Below are positions 1 through 7,187 of a DNA stretch of 32,538 nt, piece after piece. The position numbers and the translations under genes are program-made. Source of the DNA: a virus. Its lineage: Duplodnaviria > Caudoviricetes. The notes under the pieces are model-generated. The model worked only from the letters and a program-made list of their open reading frames with translations, did no database searches and had not been told where the DNA came from. Position 1 is the first letter of the stretch. Each line of letters begins with the position of its first letter. The DNA lies in the IMG/VR virus record IMGVR_UViG_3300025018_000381, positions 1 to 32,538 of that record. One strand, 5' to 3'.

Positions 1-815
1 GGTTCCTCCCATCTCCTGATGAAAACGGTCTGCCGTGGGCACAGTGGTGGGATCATGGTTTCAAGGGCCCGACTGGACGTTGGTACTTTGAGAAGTCACT
101 CAGCTCTATTGGTCAGCCCGACCCCGTGATGGAGATGAATTCGTTTCTCTGGAATACTGGCCGCGAGGAAGATAAGACTCAGGCTCGAGACCAGAAGCGC
201 AAACTGCACTATTGCTCAAATATCATGGTGATCAGCGACGCTGCTAATCCCGAAAACGATGGCAAGATCTTCTTGTTCAAGTTTGGGAAGAAGATCTTTG
301 ATAAGATCATGGAGACAATGCAGCCGGCATTCGAAGATGAGCAGCCGATTAACCCATTTGACCTGTGGGAAGGTGCTAACTTCAAGCTGAAGATTCGCAA
401 TATTGAAGGCTATCGCAACTACGATAAGTCAGAATTCTCCGAGACCCGCTGCGCGGGAACTGATAAGCAGTTGAGGGCTATCTTCGACAAGCTGATCTCT
501 CTGGCAGAATTCAGCGATCCAAAGACCTACAAGTCCTACGAGGAACTGTCTAAGAAGCTTAAGGAAGTCATGGGACCCGCGGGAGTACCGGGGCTGACGA
601 CAGCTGAGGAAGTTCAGAAGGCTGTTGGAAAGTCTAAAGCAGCTCCTTCAGTTGGAAAGACCAAAGCCTCTAAGATCGAGGATGACCCTGAAGAGGATAA
701 CCTCTCGATGGGTGTTGGTGAGGATCTTAACGAGGCTGCTGCGTCTGTAGATGACGGTGCAGACTCTGCTAATATGATGGACTTCTTCAAGAAATTGGCG
801 GAGGACGAGGAATAA
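1..815 (+). CDS. gp32: T4-like single-stranded DNA-binding protein (5'-truncated by window edge)
   Basis: Frame is open from base 3 (FLPSPDENGLPWAQWWDHGFKGPTGRWYFEKSLSSIGQPDPV). Contains gp32 motifs HGFKGPTG-WY, NPENDGKIFLFKFGKKIFDKI, PFDLWEGANFKLKIR, YRNYDKSEF and an acidic tail ending FFKKLAEDEE. Confidence 0.97.
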   Translation, partial: FLPSPDENGLPWAQWWDHGFKGPTGRWYFEKSLSSIGQPDPVMEMNSFLWNTGREEDKTQARDQKRKLHYCSNIMVISDAANPENDGKIFLFKFGKKIFDKIMETMQPAFEDEQPINPFDLWEGANFKLKIRNIEGYRNYDKSEFSETRCAGTDKQLRAIFDKLISLAEFSDPKTYKSYEELSKKLKEVMGPAGVPGLTTAEEVQKAVGKSKAAPSVGKTKASKIEDDPEEDNLSMGVGEDLNEAAASVDDGADSANMMDFFKKLAEDEE

Positions 816-844
816 TAGTTCGGTAGACCGTATTATTAGACCTG

Positions 845-881
845 AAAGGGGCTGCCTGGGATACTCGGGCAGCCCCTTTTT
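845..881. terminator. Rho-independent terminator, probably bidirectional
   Basis: AAAGGGGCTGCC (845-856) pairs with GGCAGCCCCTTT (868-879). T-run on the + strand and A-run on the other side; lies between convergent genes. Confidence 0.88.
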
Positions 882-895
882 CTGTAGTTTTGGCA

Positions 896-1055
896 GCTCC
901 TGAGTCACTCTCGAATGCATTTGGGCTCGTACGATGGATAATATACCTCTGGACTGGCCAAAACGGTCCTGAGAGTGACTCATGAGCCGACAAATACGGC
1001 TCTATTAGAGGTATACTGGAATCTATTCATCGGGACAGTCAAAACGGACCAGTAT
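896..1055. repeat. Non-coding cluster of nested and overlapping inverted repeats
   Basis: TGAGTCACTCTC 901-912 / GAGAGTGACTCA 971-982; TATACCTCT 942-950 / AGAGGTATA 1007-1015; GAGCCG 984-989 / CGGCTC 997-1002; ATACTGG 1013-1019 / CCAGTAT 1049-1055. Confidence 0.7.
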
Positions 1056-1080
1056 GCCGGCCGACTTGAACATTAGGACT

Positions 1081-3834
1081 TTAGAATCTATTCATCAGGA
1101 CGGCTGACATCATCGTGGCGTCTATATGATTTGACTCATTGAAAGTAACATTAGAAGATGAATTCGAATTCTGAGTTTGATTCAAGATTGAAGGACCTAT
1201 TGACACCTTCGAAGCAGCAGCTGTGAGCTCAGTCTGAGCTGTCTTATTCTGAATAGTTGCTGCGTCTAATACCGGTGCTGGAGTATTGATTCTACCTTCA
1301 ACGTTTTTCACAGTCATATTTTCGAATTGAGAATAGACTCCTCGTAGATTTTCAAGTGAAGACACCAAAGTATCGACTGCAACTGTAGTCATATTCAGCG
1401 CGCTTAGATCAATGCTCTTTGTCATTGCAGATATGAAGATCCCAATAGACTTAGCAGTATCTTTGCTGAAGAAATCTAAGAGGCTCTTTGAATCGCCTCC
1501 ACTAAATACATCCAGCGCATTTCTAAGTTCTTTGATTCCAGCAGCAGCCTTTGTAAGGCCTTCGGATCTCTCAGCAATCTTATAGAAATTAGCAAATGGA
1601 TCAGCACTGAAGAATGATACGATACCTGTGATAAAGCTTGCGCCGGCGAATGTAACCAAAGCGGCTGAGAGTGATAGAATGCCAAGAGCCGCAGCGCCTA
1701 GGTTTGCAGCATCGATATCATTCAATTTTAGTAGAGTATTCACTACAGCATCAAAGGAGCCAGTGATAGCATCCAACACTGCACCAAATGCGGTAGCCAT
1801 ACCATCAAGAACTAAAACAATTCCACCGCCGATGATCGTTAATGCTTTCCCAAATGGAATCATCGCCTTAGAGAATAGGTTAAAAGCTGCCGCTGCAGGA
1901 ATCATGGCCAATCCCAATACACCAATCGCAGCAGCACCGATTAGCATTAGAGGCGCCGCCGGGGCTATTAGAGCTGCAACCAATGCTACTCCACCTAAAA
2001 CAGCTAACCCAATACCTACAGCTTTCCAATCAATTCCCCCGAATTGCTGAAAGGCTAGACCTGCGACACCGATAGCAGCTGCTGTTACAAGTAGAGCAGC
2101 TGAGCCGATTAGCATTGGTGCAGCGATACTAGATATAGCAGCCAGACCTGCAGCCATCAACGCTAGGATCCCAACTCCGATAGCCACATCACCCCAAGAG
2201 ATATCTGTGAATTGCTTAAACGCTTTCGCAGACAACCAAATAGCACCCGATAGAGCAACTAGTACACCAACACCAATAAAAAGCTTTGGATCAGATAAGA
2301 CCTTTAGGCCTCGACCAATACCAGTGAATACACCTTCAATGATACCGCCAAGACCCTTACCAATACCCTTACCCAGTGTAGCAAGGCCTTTACCAATAGA
2401 GCTAAGGCCTTCCCCAAATCCTTTAAGGCTAAAAACGCCTTTAGATTTATCGTTCTTTGAAGATTCTATTGGCGCTACGTTACCCGAAGTATTTTCTAAG
2501 CTACGGGCCATACTCTCAAAGGTGCGGGATTGCTTTGCAGCATTTTCTTGATTCGTCTCTTCATTGCCCTTAAAGAAATCGACGAGCTCAATAAGAAAAT
2601 AACCAATATCGGTTAGATGAGCGTTTGACTGCTCAATTAGAGGAGCAATAGGTGTATCAGCTTTCACTGGTTGCGTATCTATCGATCCTGCAGAAGACAC
2701 AATCGCTTCATCCGAAGGCGATGCAGTAGGTTCTGCTTGGCCATCATTGAATGATTTCTTTATAAGCGAAAAGATCTTATGACGAATTGCTGCTAATTGC
2801 ACAGTGGCTAAAAGACCATCTTTTGCGGATTCACCAAAGAGATCGCCAATGCTGATGTCCTTACTCCAATTGAAGGTATCGGGCAGCGCTGCGCGCATCT
2901 TGCTGATTAGATCAGTTCGAAGTTTCCAGAAGCTAAAAGCCGTAAAGAAATTATCCTTATCGTTACTACCAAGTAGAGTTGGAATGTCTATATCACTACC
3001 AAAATCAAATTCGGTTGGTAGTTTCGCAGATATAGATTTTACGAGTTTGCGCTTTAGGCGACTAAAACTCCACGCTGTCAAGTATTGATCGTTTTCGTTT
3101 TCGCCCAGAAGTTTAGCAACATCAATATCATCACCAAAGTTGAATGTAACACCCTTAAGACTTCGCTTTATAGTGTTTATCAATCCCATCTTCATTGTGG
3201 CGAAATGGTATAGCGTCGCATAGCTATCGTTTTCGTTCTCGCCTAAGAGTTCGGCTATATCGAGACCATCTTCTGCGAATGCAAATTTCTTAGGAAGGTT
3301 CGCGCGGATCGCATCTAGTAGCTTATTTTTAAGAGCTCCAAATCCTTTAGCAGTGGATTTTTGATCCATTTCATTCTCACCTAAGAGATTTTCTAAATCG
3401 ATGGTTTTATCAAAGGAAAATCTCTTAGGCAATTGAGTACTGATCGAGCTGATCAGCTTATTTCGTACAGTCGCAAATGAAGCAGCAGTCGCGGCATCGG
3501 TTTTTGAATTAGTCCCAAGTAAAGTGTTGAGATTGATTGACTCAAAATTGAATGAAGTGGGTAAACTATTACTAAGGTTTTCTAGAAGCCGTTCTCGAAT
3601 ATTTGCAACTCCCGCCATCACATCCTTATTAGGCTGTGTGGGTATACCAAGAATCGATTGAAAACTATTCGAGCTCTCTTTAGGAATGCTTCGGCGTAAA
3701 GCAGTGACGGTTTCTTCACCAATAGCGTCTAGCTCTTCAGTTAGATCCTTAGGCTCTTTTGCTTTCCGCTTAGCCGGAGAATTTACCTTTGGTAGCGCCC
3801 TGGCTTTCTTAGATTCATTTTTATTCTCGGCCAT
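1081..3834 (-). CDS. Putative tail tape-measure protein (functional gp29 equivalent)
   Basis: 917 aa, Ala/Gly/Leu-rich amphipathic helical repeats (GLSSIGKGLATLGKGIGKGLGG), long hydrophobic central region, Asn/Ser-rich C-terminus. Lies immediately downstream of gp26/gp51. Confidence 0.7.
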   Translation of the reverse strand: MAENKNESKKARALPKVNSPAKRKAKEPKDLTEELDAIGEETVTALRRSIPKESSNSFQSILGIPTQPNKDVMAGVANIRERLLENLSNSLPTSFNFESINLNTLLGTNSKTDAATAASFATVRNKLISSISTQLPKRFSFDKTIDLENLLGENEMDQKSTAKGFGALKNKLLDAIRANLPKKFAFAEDGLDIAELLGENENDSYATLYHFATMKMGLINTIKRSLKGVTFNFGDDIDVAKLLGENENDQYLTAWSFSRLKRKLVKSISAKLPTEFDFGSDIDIPTLLGSNDKDNFFTAFSFWKLRTDLISKMRAALPDTFNWSKDISIGDLFGESAKDGLLATVQLAAIRHKIFSLIKKSFNDGQAEPTASPSDEAIVSSAGSIDTQPVKADTPIAPLIEQSNAHLTDIGYFLIELVDFFKGNEETNQENAAKQSRTFESMARSLENTSGNVAPIESSKNDKSKGVFSLKGFGEGLSSIGKGLATLGKGIGKGLGGIIEGVFTGIGRGLKVLSDPKLFIGVGVLVALSGAIWLSAKAFKQFTDISWGDVAIGVGILALMAAGLAAISSIAAPMLIGSAALLVTAAAIGVAGLAFQQFGGIDWKAVGIGLAVLGGVALVAALIAPAAPLMLIGAAAIGVLGLAMIPAAAAFNLFSKAMIPFGKALTIIGGGIVLVLDGMATAFGAVLDAITGSFDAVVNTLLKLNDIDAANLGAAALGILSLSAALVTFAGASFITGIVSFFSADPFANFYKIAERSEGLTKAAAGIKELRNALDVFSGGDSKSLLDFFSKDTAKSIGIFISAMTKSIDLSALNMTTVAVDTLVSSLENLRGVYSQFENMTVKNVEGRINTPAPVLDAATIQNKTAQTELTAAASKVSIGPSILNQTQNSNSSSNVTFNESNHIDATMMSAVLMNRF

Positions 3835-3851
3835 ATTAGCTTTCGTTAGTA

Positions 3852-4034
3852 CTACATTCTAGACTTTTGCTGCTTTAAGCGTTCATTCTCTTCAGTAATG
3901 AACGTGTTAAGTAGAGAAAGATATATTTCTCTCTCCCACGGTATCATATTTTCTAGCTCACTTAAGCTGTATTTATGGTGCTGCACTAACGCGAAGTTTA
4001 TCTTGTAGAAATTAACGATATTTTCGTGTGACAG
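3852..4034 (-). CDS. gp51: gp51-like baseplate hub assembly catalyst (absent from ORF track; no canonical start, probably reached by -1 frameshift from gp26)
   Basis: Manual translation LSHENIVNFYKINFALVQHHKYSLSELENMIPWEREIYLSLLNTFITEENERLKQQKSRM*. NFAL-QHHKYSL-E-ENMIPWER-IY is the gp51-family signature. Confidence 0.9.
   Translation of the reverse strand: MSHENIVNFYKINFALVQHHKYSLSELENMIPWEREIYLSLLNTFITEENERLKQQKSRM
3970..3977 (-). promoter_or_regulatory. Possible late promoter variant (CATAAATA) for the tape-measure gene
   Basis: One mismatch to TATAAATA, inside gp51 and about 135 nt upstream of ATG 3834. It also encodes the conserved HKY, so it may be coincidental. Confidence 0.35.
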
Positions 4035-4036
4035 CC

Positions 4037-4735
4037 CTATTGAAAAAAATCCTGTAGTCCCTTCAATTCAATATGGATCGGTGCTTTGCATCCGGTACAT
4101 TCGATATCAGTAGAATATGTTAGCTTAGGCTGAGCTGAAACATACTGCTCAATCCTAGCCAACTGCTCGTGATTAAAACCTGAGATGAACTCAATAAGCT
4201 CTTCTTGGTTCATGTCCTTACGAGTCCATACCTTGTCATTATCATATACTGAATCAATGCAAAGCGCGATCATCTTTAGGAAGTCTTCAGTCTTTTCCGA
4301 TATAGCATCAGCATCGGATACTGGAATTGCTCGAGCAATAACACCAACGCTGTCGGTCAATTGGATCCTTGCATTAAGAGGTTCCTCAGGCATATTGACC
4401 TTCACGTCGTTCAAATCAATACGGAATGTGTTATTCTTCTCGCAGGCTTTGCATTTAGTCTGCAGATCAACGATCTCGCCAACTGACTTCATTCGCAATT
4501 GGATAAACATATACTCGAGATCATATGTAGTCATCTCATCAACGTTGAGTTTATCAAATGTGCAAGAAGTGATTACATCCTTTAGAGCTTGTATGATTTG
4601 AGCGTTCTCTTTAGATTCCTGAGCTAAAAGTAGAATCTTCTCTTCCTTCACTAAGAAAGAGCGGAATTTGACGGCCTTTCCTGTTGAAGGCATGATCGTT
4701 GTGTATGTACTAACTTCTAATTTAGGCAATGCCAT
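4037..4735 (-). CDS. gp26: Baseplate hub assembly chaperone
   Basis: MALPKL...PSTGK-VKFR-FLVKEEKILLLAQE, DLEYMFIQLRMKSVGE, two CxxC motifs (CKAC, CTGC), C-terminal GLQDFF. Confidence 0.93.
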   Translation of the reverse strand: MALPKLEVSTYTTIMPSTGKAVKFRSFLVKEEKILLLAQESKENAQIIQALKDVITSCTFDKLNVDEMTTYDLEYMFIQLRMKSVGEIVDLQTKCKACEKNNTFRIDLNDVKVNMPEEPLNARIQLTDSVGVIARAIPVSDADAISEKTEDFLKMIALCIDSVYDNDKVWTRKDMNQEELIEFISGFNHEQLARIEQYVSAQPKLTYSTDIECTGCKAPIHIELKGLQDFFQ

Positions 4736-4769
4736 AATATATCCTTTTCATTGGTGTTCTGTTCAATCT

Positions 4770-4777
4770 TATTTATT
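4770..4777 (-). promoter_or_regulatory. Late promoter variant (AATAAATA) upstream of gp26
   Basis: Largely intergenic, 34 nt before the gp26 ATG, which has an AAGGA Shine-Dalgarno. Confidence 0.55.
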
Positions 4778-5285
4778 ACACTACTGGAATTAGCATGTTG
4801 TACGTGAATGTAACTTGCAATTTAGTGTATTCATCATTCGAGGCTGATCCCAGTTCAATAGGCGCGACCGTAATGGGCCAGGCTGCTCGTAGCTTTACCT
4901 TATATCGCGGCTCGTTCTTACGATCATATGCTGTAATAAAGATATCTTCCACAAAGCTCTCGTCATAATTCAGTAGATATTTTTGAGTGATGATCTCATT
5001 ATGCCATTTGTCGAAGAATTTCTTTATATCAAAATCATTGGTTAAAGCAAAGACACAGGTCACATCGTCTAGAGTGATTCCATTTGGCACCTTTACATCA
5101 TGCCCTTTGAAGTCAAGAGGATAATCAAAGGTGCTTATTGTGGTACCCGGAAGTGATACACTCTCGCAGAACAGTTGCAGCAATGCACCATTAGCTCCTC
5201 GAGGTATCTCAATACTGAATTGGTTTGGAGAATGCAGGCCCCGCTTGTTAATTTCACTTCGGAAGTCATTTAATGTCTGGCTCAT
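4776..5285 (-). CDS. Tail-tube-fold baseplate protein (gp54/gp19-like tail tube initiator)
   Basis: GL-SPNQF-IEI, FCESVSLPG, FFDKWHNEI, AWPITVAPIEL, KLQVTFTY match the gp19/gp54 tube-fold pattern. ATGA-coupled to gp2. Confidence 0.75.
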   Translation of the reverse strand: MSQTLNDFRSEINKRGLHSPNQFSIEIPRGANGALLQLFCESVSLPGTTISTFDYPLDFKGHDVKVPNGITLDDVTCVFALTNDFDIKKFFDKWHNEIITQKYLLNYDESFVEDIFITAYDRKNEPRYKVKLRAAWPITVAPIELGSASNDEYTKLQVTFTYNMLIPVV

Positions 5286-5893
5286 ACTTTTCTTGCTTTC
5301 TTGCGGGATGCGGCCCAGACCTCGGACACTGTTGCTCCATTGAATTTTTGCGTTGGAAGGAACATTGCTACTTCCCAGAACTCTGAGGGTATCTCGATGA
5401 TATTTGATTTGATTTGATTCGGAAGATATCGCTTGAATGCTGGTCTAAACAACCGATATTTCATCGCCGCTTTAAGTACTCCATACGTTATTCTTAATTT
5501 CGTTGTCGTTTTTAGTTCCTGACCCGTGGTGCTCAAGGGCATCAAAGCATGCATGAGCTTAGCGCGATCCATTGGCGACAGATAATGCAAATTGAGTCCG
5601 AAGAACCCCTTTCCCTTCAAAGGGCGGTCTGCAGCAATGATAAGCGGGTAACGATCCCAATAGGGCAATGTAGCCTTATATTTCGGGTCGTATACAAACA
5701 TATACATCTTACCAATTATTGGGCGGTCTCGAACAATCGCCACAGCATCCTTCATTACCTTACCTGCTGTACCTCTAAGCTCACCCGAAGATAGCATATC
5801 GATGAACCATGCTGTGGAGCGCTTTGTAAGGGAATTAAGGCCCTCCTCGCGGAGAAGGTCAAGGTATTTAAGAAGTATCGATTGCGTAGCCAT
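5282..5893 (-). CDS. gp2: DNA end protector protein
   Basis: GKMYMFVYDPKYKATLPYWDRYPL, GFFGLNLHYL, FKRYL, W-VAMFLPTQKF. Confidence 0.93.
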   Translation of the reverse strand: MATQSILLKYLDLLREEGLNSLTKRSTAWFIDMLSSGELRGTAGKVMKDAVAIVRDRPIIGKMYMFVYDPKYKATLPYWDRYPLIIAADRPLKGKGFFGLNLHYLSPMDRAKLMHALMPLSTTGQELKTTTKLRITYGVLKAAMKYRLFRPAFKRYLPNQIKSNIIEIPSEFWEVAMFLPTQKFNGATVSEVWAASRKKARKV

Positions 5894-5900
5894 ATAATGA

Positions 5901-6386
5901 TTATTTATTAGCTTTCTTCTTAGCTCTTCGCTTCACGCTCGCACGCAATACCTTAATACCCAGAGCTTCGAGAGTGTATTCGTCCCAAATTTCAAATATC
6001 ATTCCCCGATCGGTGCAGTACTTTTCCGCAGCAGACCACTTTGAAATGTTCTTGGCATAGGTCGCCGCTTCACTTAGTTGCCGGGCTGAAGCGTTCCCCT
6101 TTCGAGGCCGGGGTGCTATAGTCTGCTTCTTTGGCTTAACTTCAATACAACGTATGGGGCCGGTCTTGAATTGAATCACAAAATCAATAAAGTAACGATG
6201 CATCTTCTTATCGGTCAGGCATCTATAGGGTATCACTAGCTCCTCGGAATTCCATGATATCACAGCAGGATTTGAATCACAGAACCTCATCACCTGGCGC
6301 TCCCATAAAGACCTATAAGTAATGTTGTTCAGATTACCTTTATATTTCGATCGGTTTGCCGGAGTGTATTGTCCATGATATGTCAT
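5901..6386 (-). CDS. gp4: Head completion nuclease (TnsA-like PD-(D/E)xK fold)
   Basis: YRSLWE, FCDSNP-V-SWNSEE-VIPY, HRYFIDF, IEVKPKKQT, N-SKW-AA. Start placed at ATG 6386 (MTYHGQY) rather than the track's 6404. Confidence 0.92.
   Translation of the reverse strand: MTYHGQYTPANRSKYKGNLNNITYRSLWERQVMRFCDSNPAVISWNSEELVIPYRCLTDKKMHRYFIDFVIQFKTGPIRCIEVKPKKQTIAPRPRKGNASARQLSEAATYAKNISKWSAAEKYCTDRGMIFEIWDEYTLEALGIKVLRASVKRRAKKKANK
5902..5909 (-). promoter_or_regulatory. Late promoter variant (AATAAATA) upstream of gp2
   Basis: Ends 8 nt before the gp2 ATG. Confidence 0.55.
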
Positions 6387-6400
6387 ATAAATATATTTAG
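6386..6400. promoter_or_regulatory. Divergent pair of T4-type late promoters
   Basis: TATAAATA at 6386-6393 (+) upstream of gp48; CTAAATA on the - strand at 6394-6400 just upstream of the gp4 ATG. Confidence 0.75.
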
Positions 6401-6435
6401 GCAATAAGTCTTTATCAATAATGTGAGGTTCCCCA

Positions 6436-7176
6436 ATGGCTGATGTAATAGTACTTCCTTCAAACCTAGCGCTCGATGGTGCTAGGCCCTTTGTCTATTT
6501 TCGACTAGGAGCAGGAGGGGGCGGTTTAACAGGAGATATCTACCTACCTGTGCCGGCGGGAATTACATTTGCGGACGGTGCTTCATATTCAACTATAGAT
6601 ATGGGGGCCGCAGGATCTATTATTGACCAGGTCAAGACTGTCAAGGGCCGCGAGGGAATGTCTGCGAAGAGATCGATTTCGGATATAATGGATCTTGTGC
6701 AGTCAAAAGCCTCAGGATTACTACCTGCTGCAGGATCTGAGGTAGCAATGGCAGCTACTCGGAAAGTGTTAAATCCCAATACGAATACGACATTTGAGGG
6801 TAATACGGTTCGAGACTTCACATTTTCGTTCACTCTTGTGGCCCGATCACCATCTGATGCTGGCCTTATTCGCCGTTTACATAATAAATTCAGGTCTGCA
6901 GTCTATCCTTATATTGCACCGGGTGATTCGAATATCCTTCTGGACTATCCTCCTGTCTGGGAGATATCATTCCGGAATAAGGCGGGAGCGTCCGGAGAAA
7001 ATGAATGGTTGCCCCGAATATCAGAATGTTACCTCACGGGCCTCACTTCAACATTCAATGCAAGTGCCGCAATGTTCCGGGTAGATATGTCTCCAGTAGA
7101 GATCAATCTCTCGGTTACCTTCTCCGAAACAAGATCTCAGACAAGAGCTGATATCGAAAAACTTAACGCAAGATAA
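6436..7176 (+). CDS. gp48: Baseplate tail-tube cap
   Basis: IYLPVP-GI-F-DGASY, NPN---TFEG---RDFTFSF-LVARS, L-YPP-WEI-F, I-ECYLTGL---FN, P-EINLSVTF-ET. Confidence 0.88.
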   Translation: MADVIVLPSNLALDGARPFVYFRLGAGGGGLTGDIYLPVPAGITFADGASYSTIDMGAAGSIIDQVKTVKGREGMSAKRSISDIMDLVQSKASGLLPAAGSEVAMAATRKVLNPNTNTTFEGNTVRDFTFSFTLVARSPSDAGLIRRLHNKFRSAVYPYIAPGDSNILLDYPPVWEISFRNKAGASGENEWLPRISECYLTGLTSTFNASAAMFRVDMSPVEINLSVTFSETRSQTRADIEKLNAR

Positions 7177-7187
7177 AGAACTACAGC

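Noticed and set aside
648-993. Minus-strand ORFs 648-983 and 787-993
   Set aside because: They run through the terminator and antisense into gp32, with no recognisable protein features.
1084-1100. Hammerhead ribozyme (CTGATGA on the minus strand)
   Set aside because: No stem II followed by GAAA could be built; the motif is simply the Leu-Met-Asn codons of the gene end.
1476-3088. Overlapping ORFs within the tape-measure gene
   Set aside because: Antisense or off-frame shadows of Ala/Gly/Ile-rich coding sequence.
5901-6404. TnsA-like transposase or mobile element
   Set aside because: Motifs and position next to gp2 identify the T4 gp4 head-completion nuclease; no transposon ends or partner genes.
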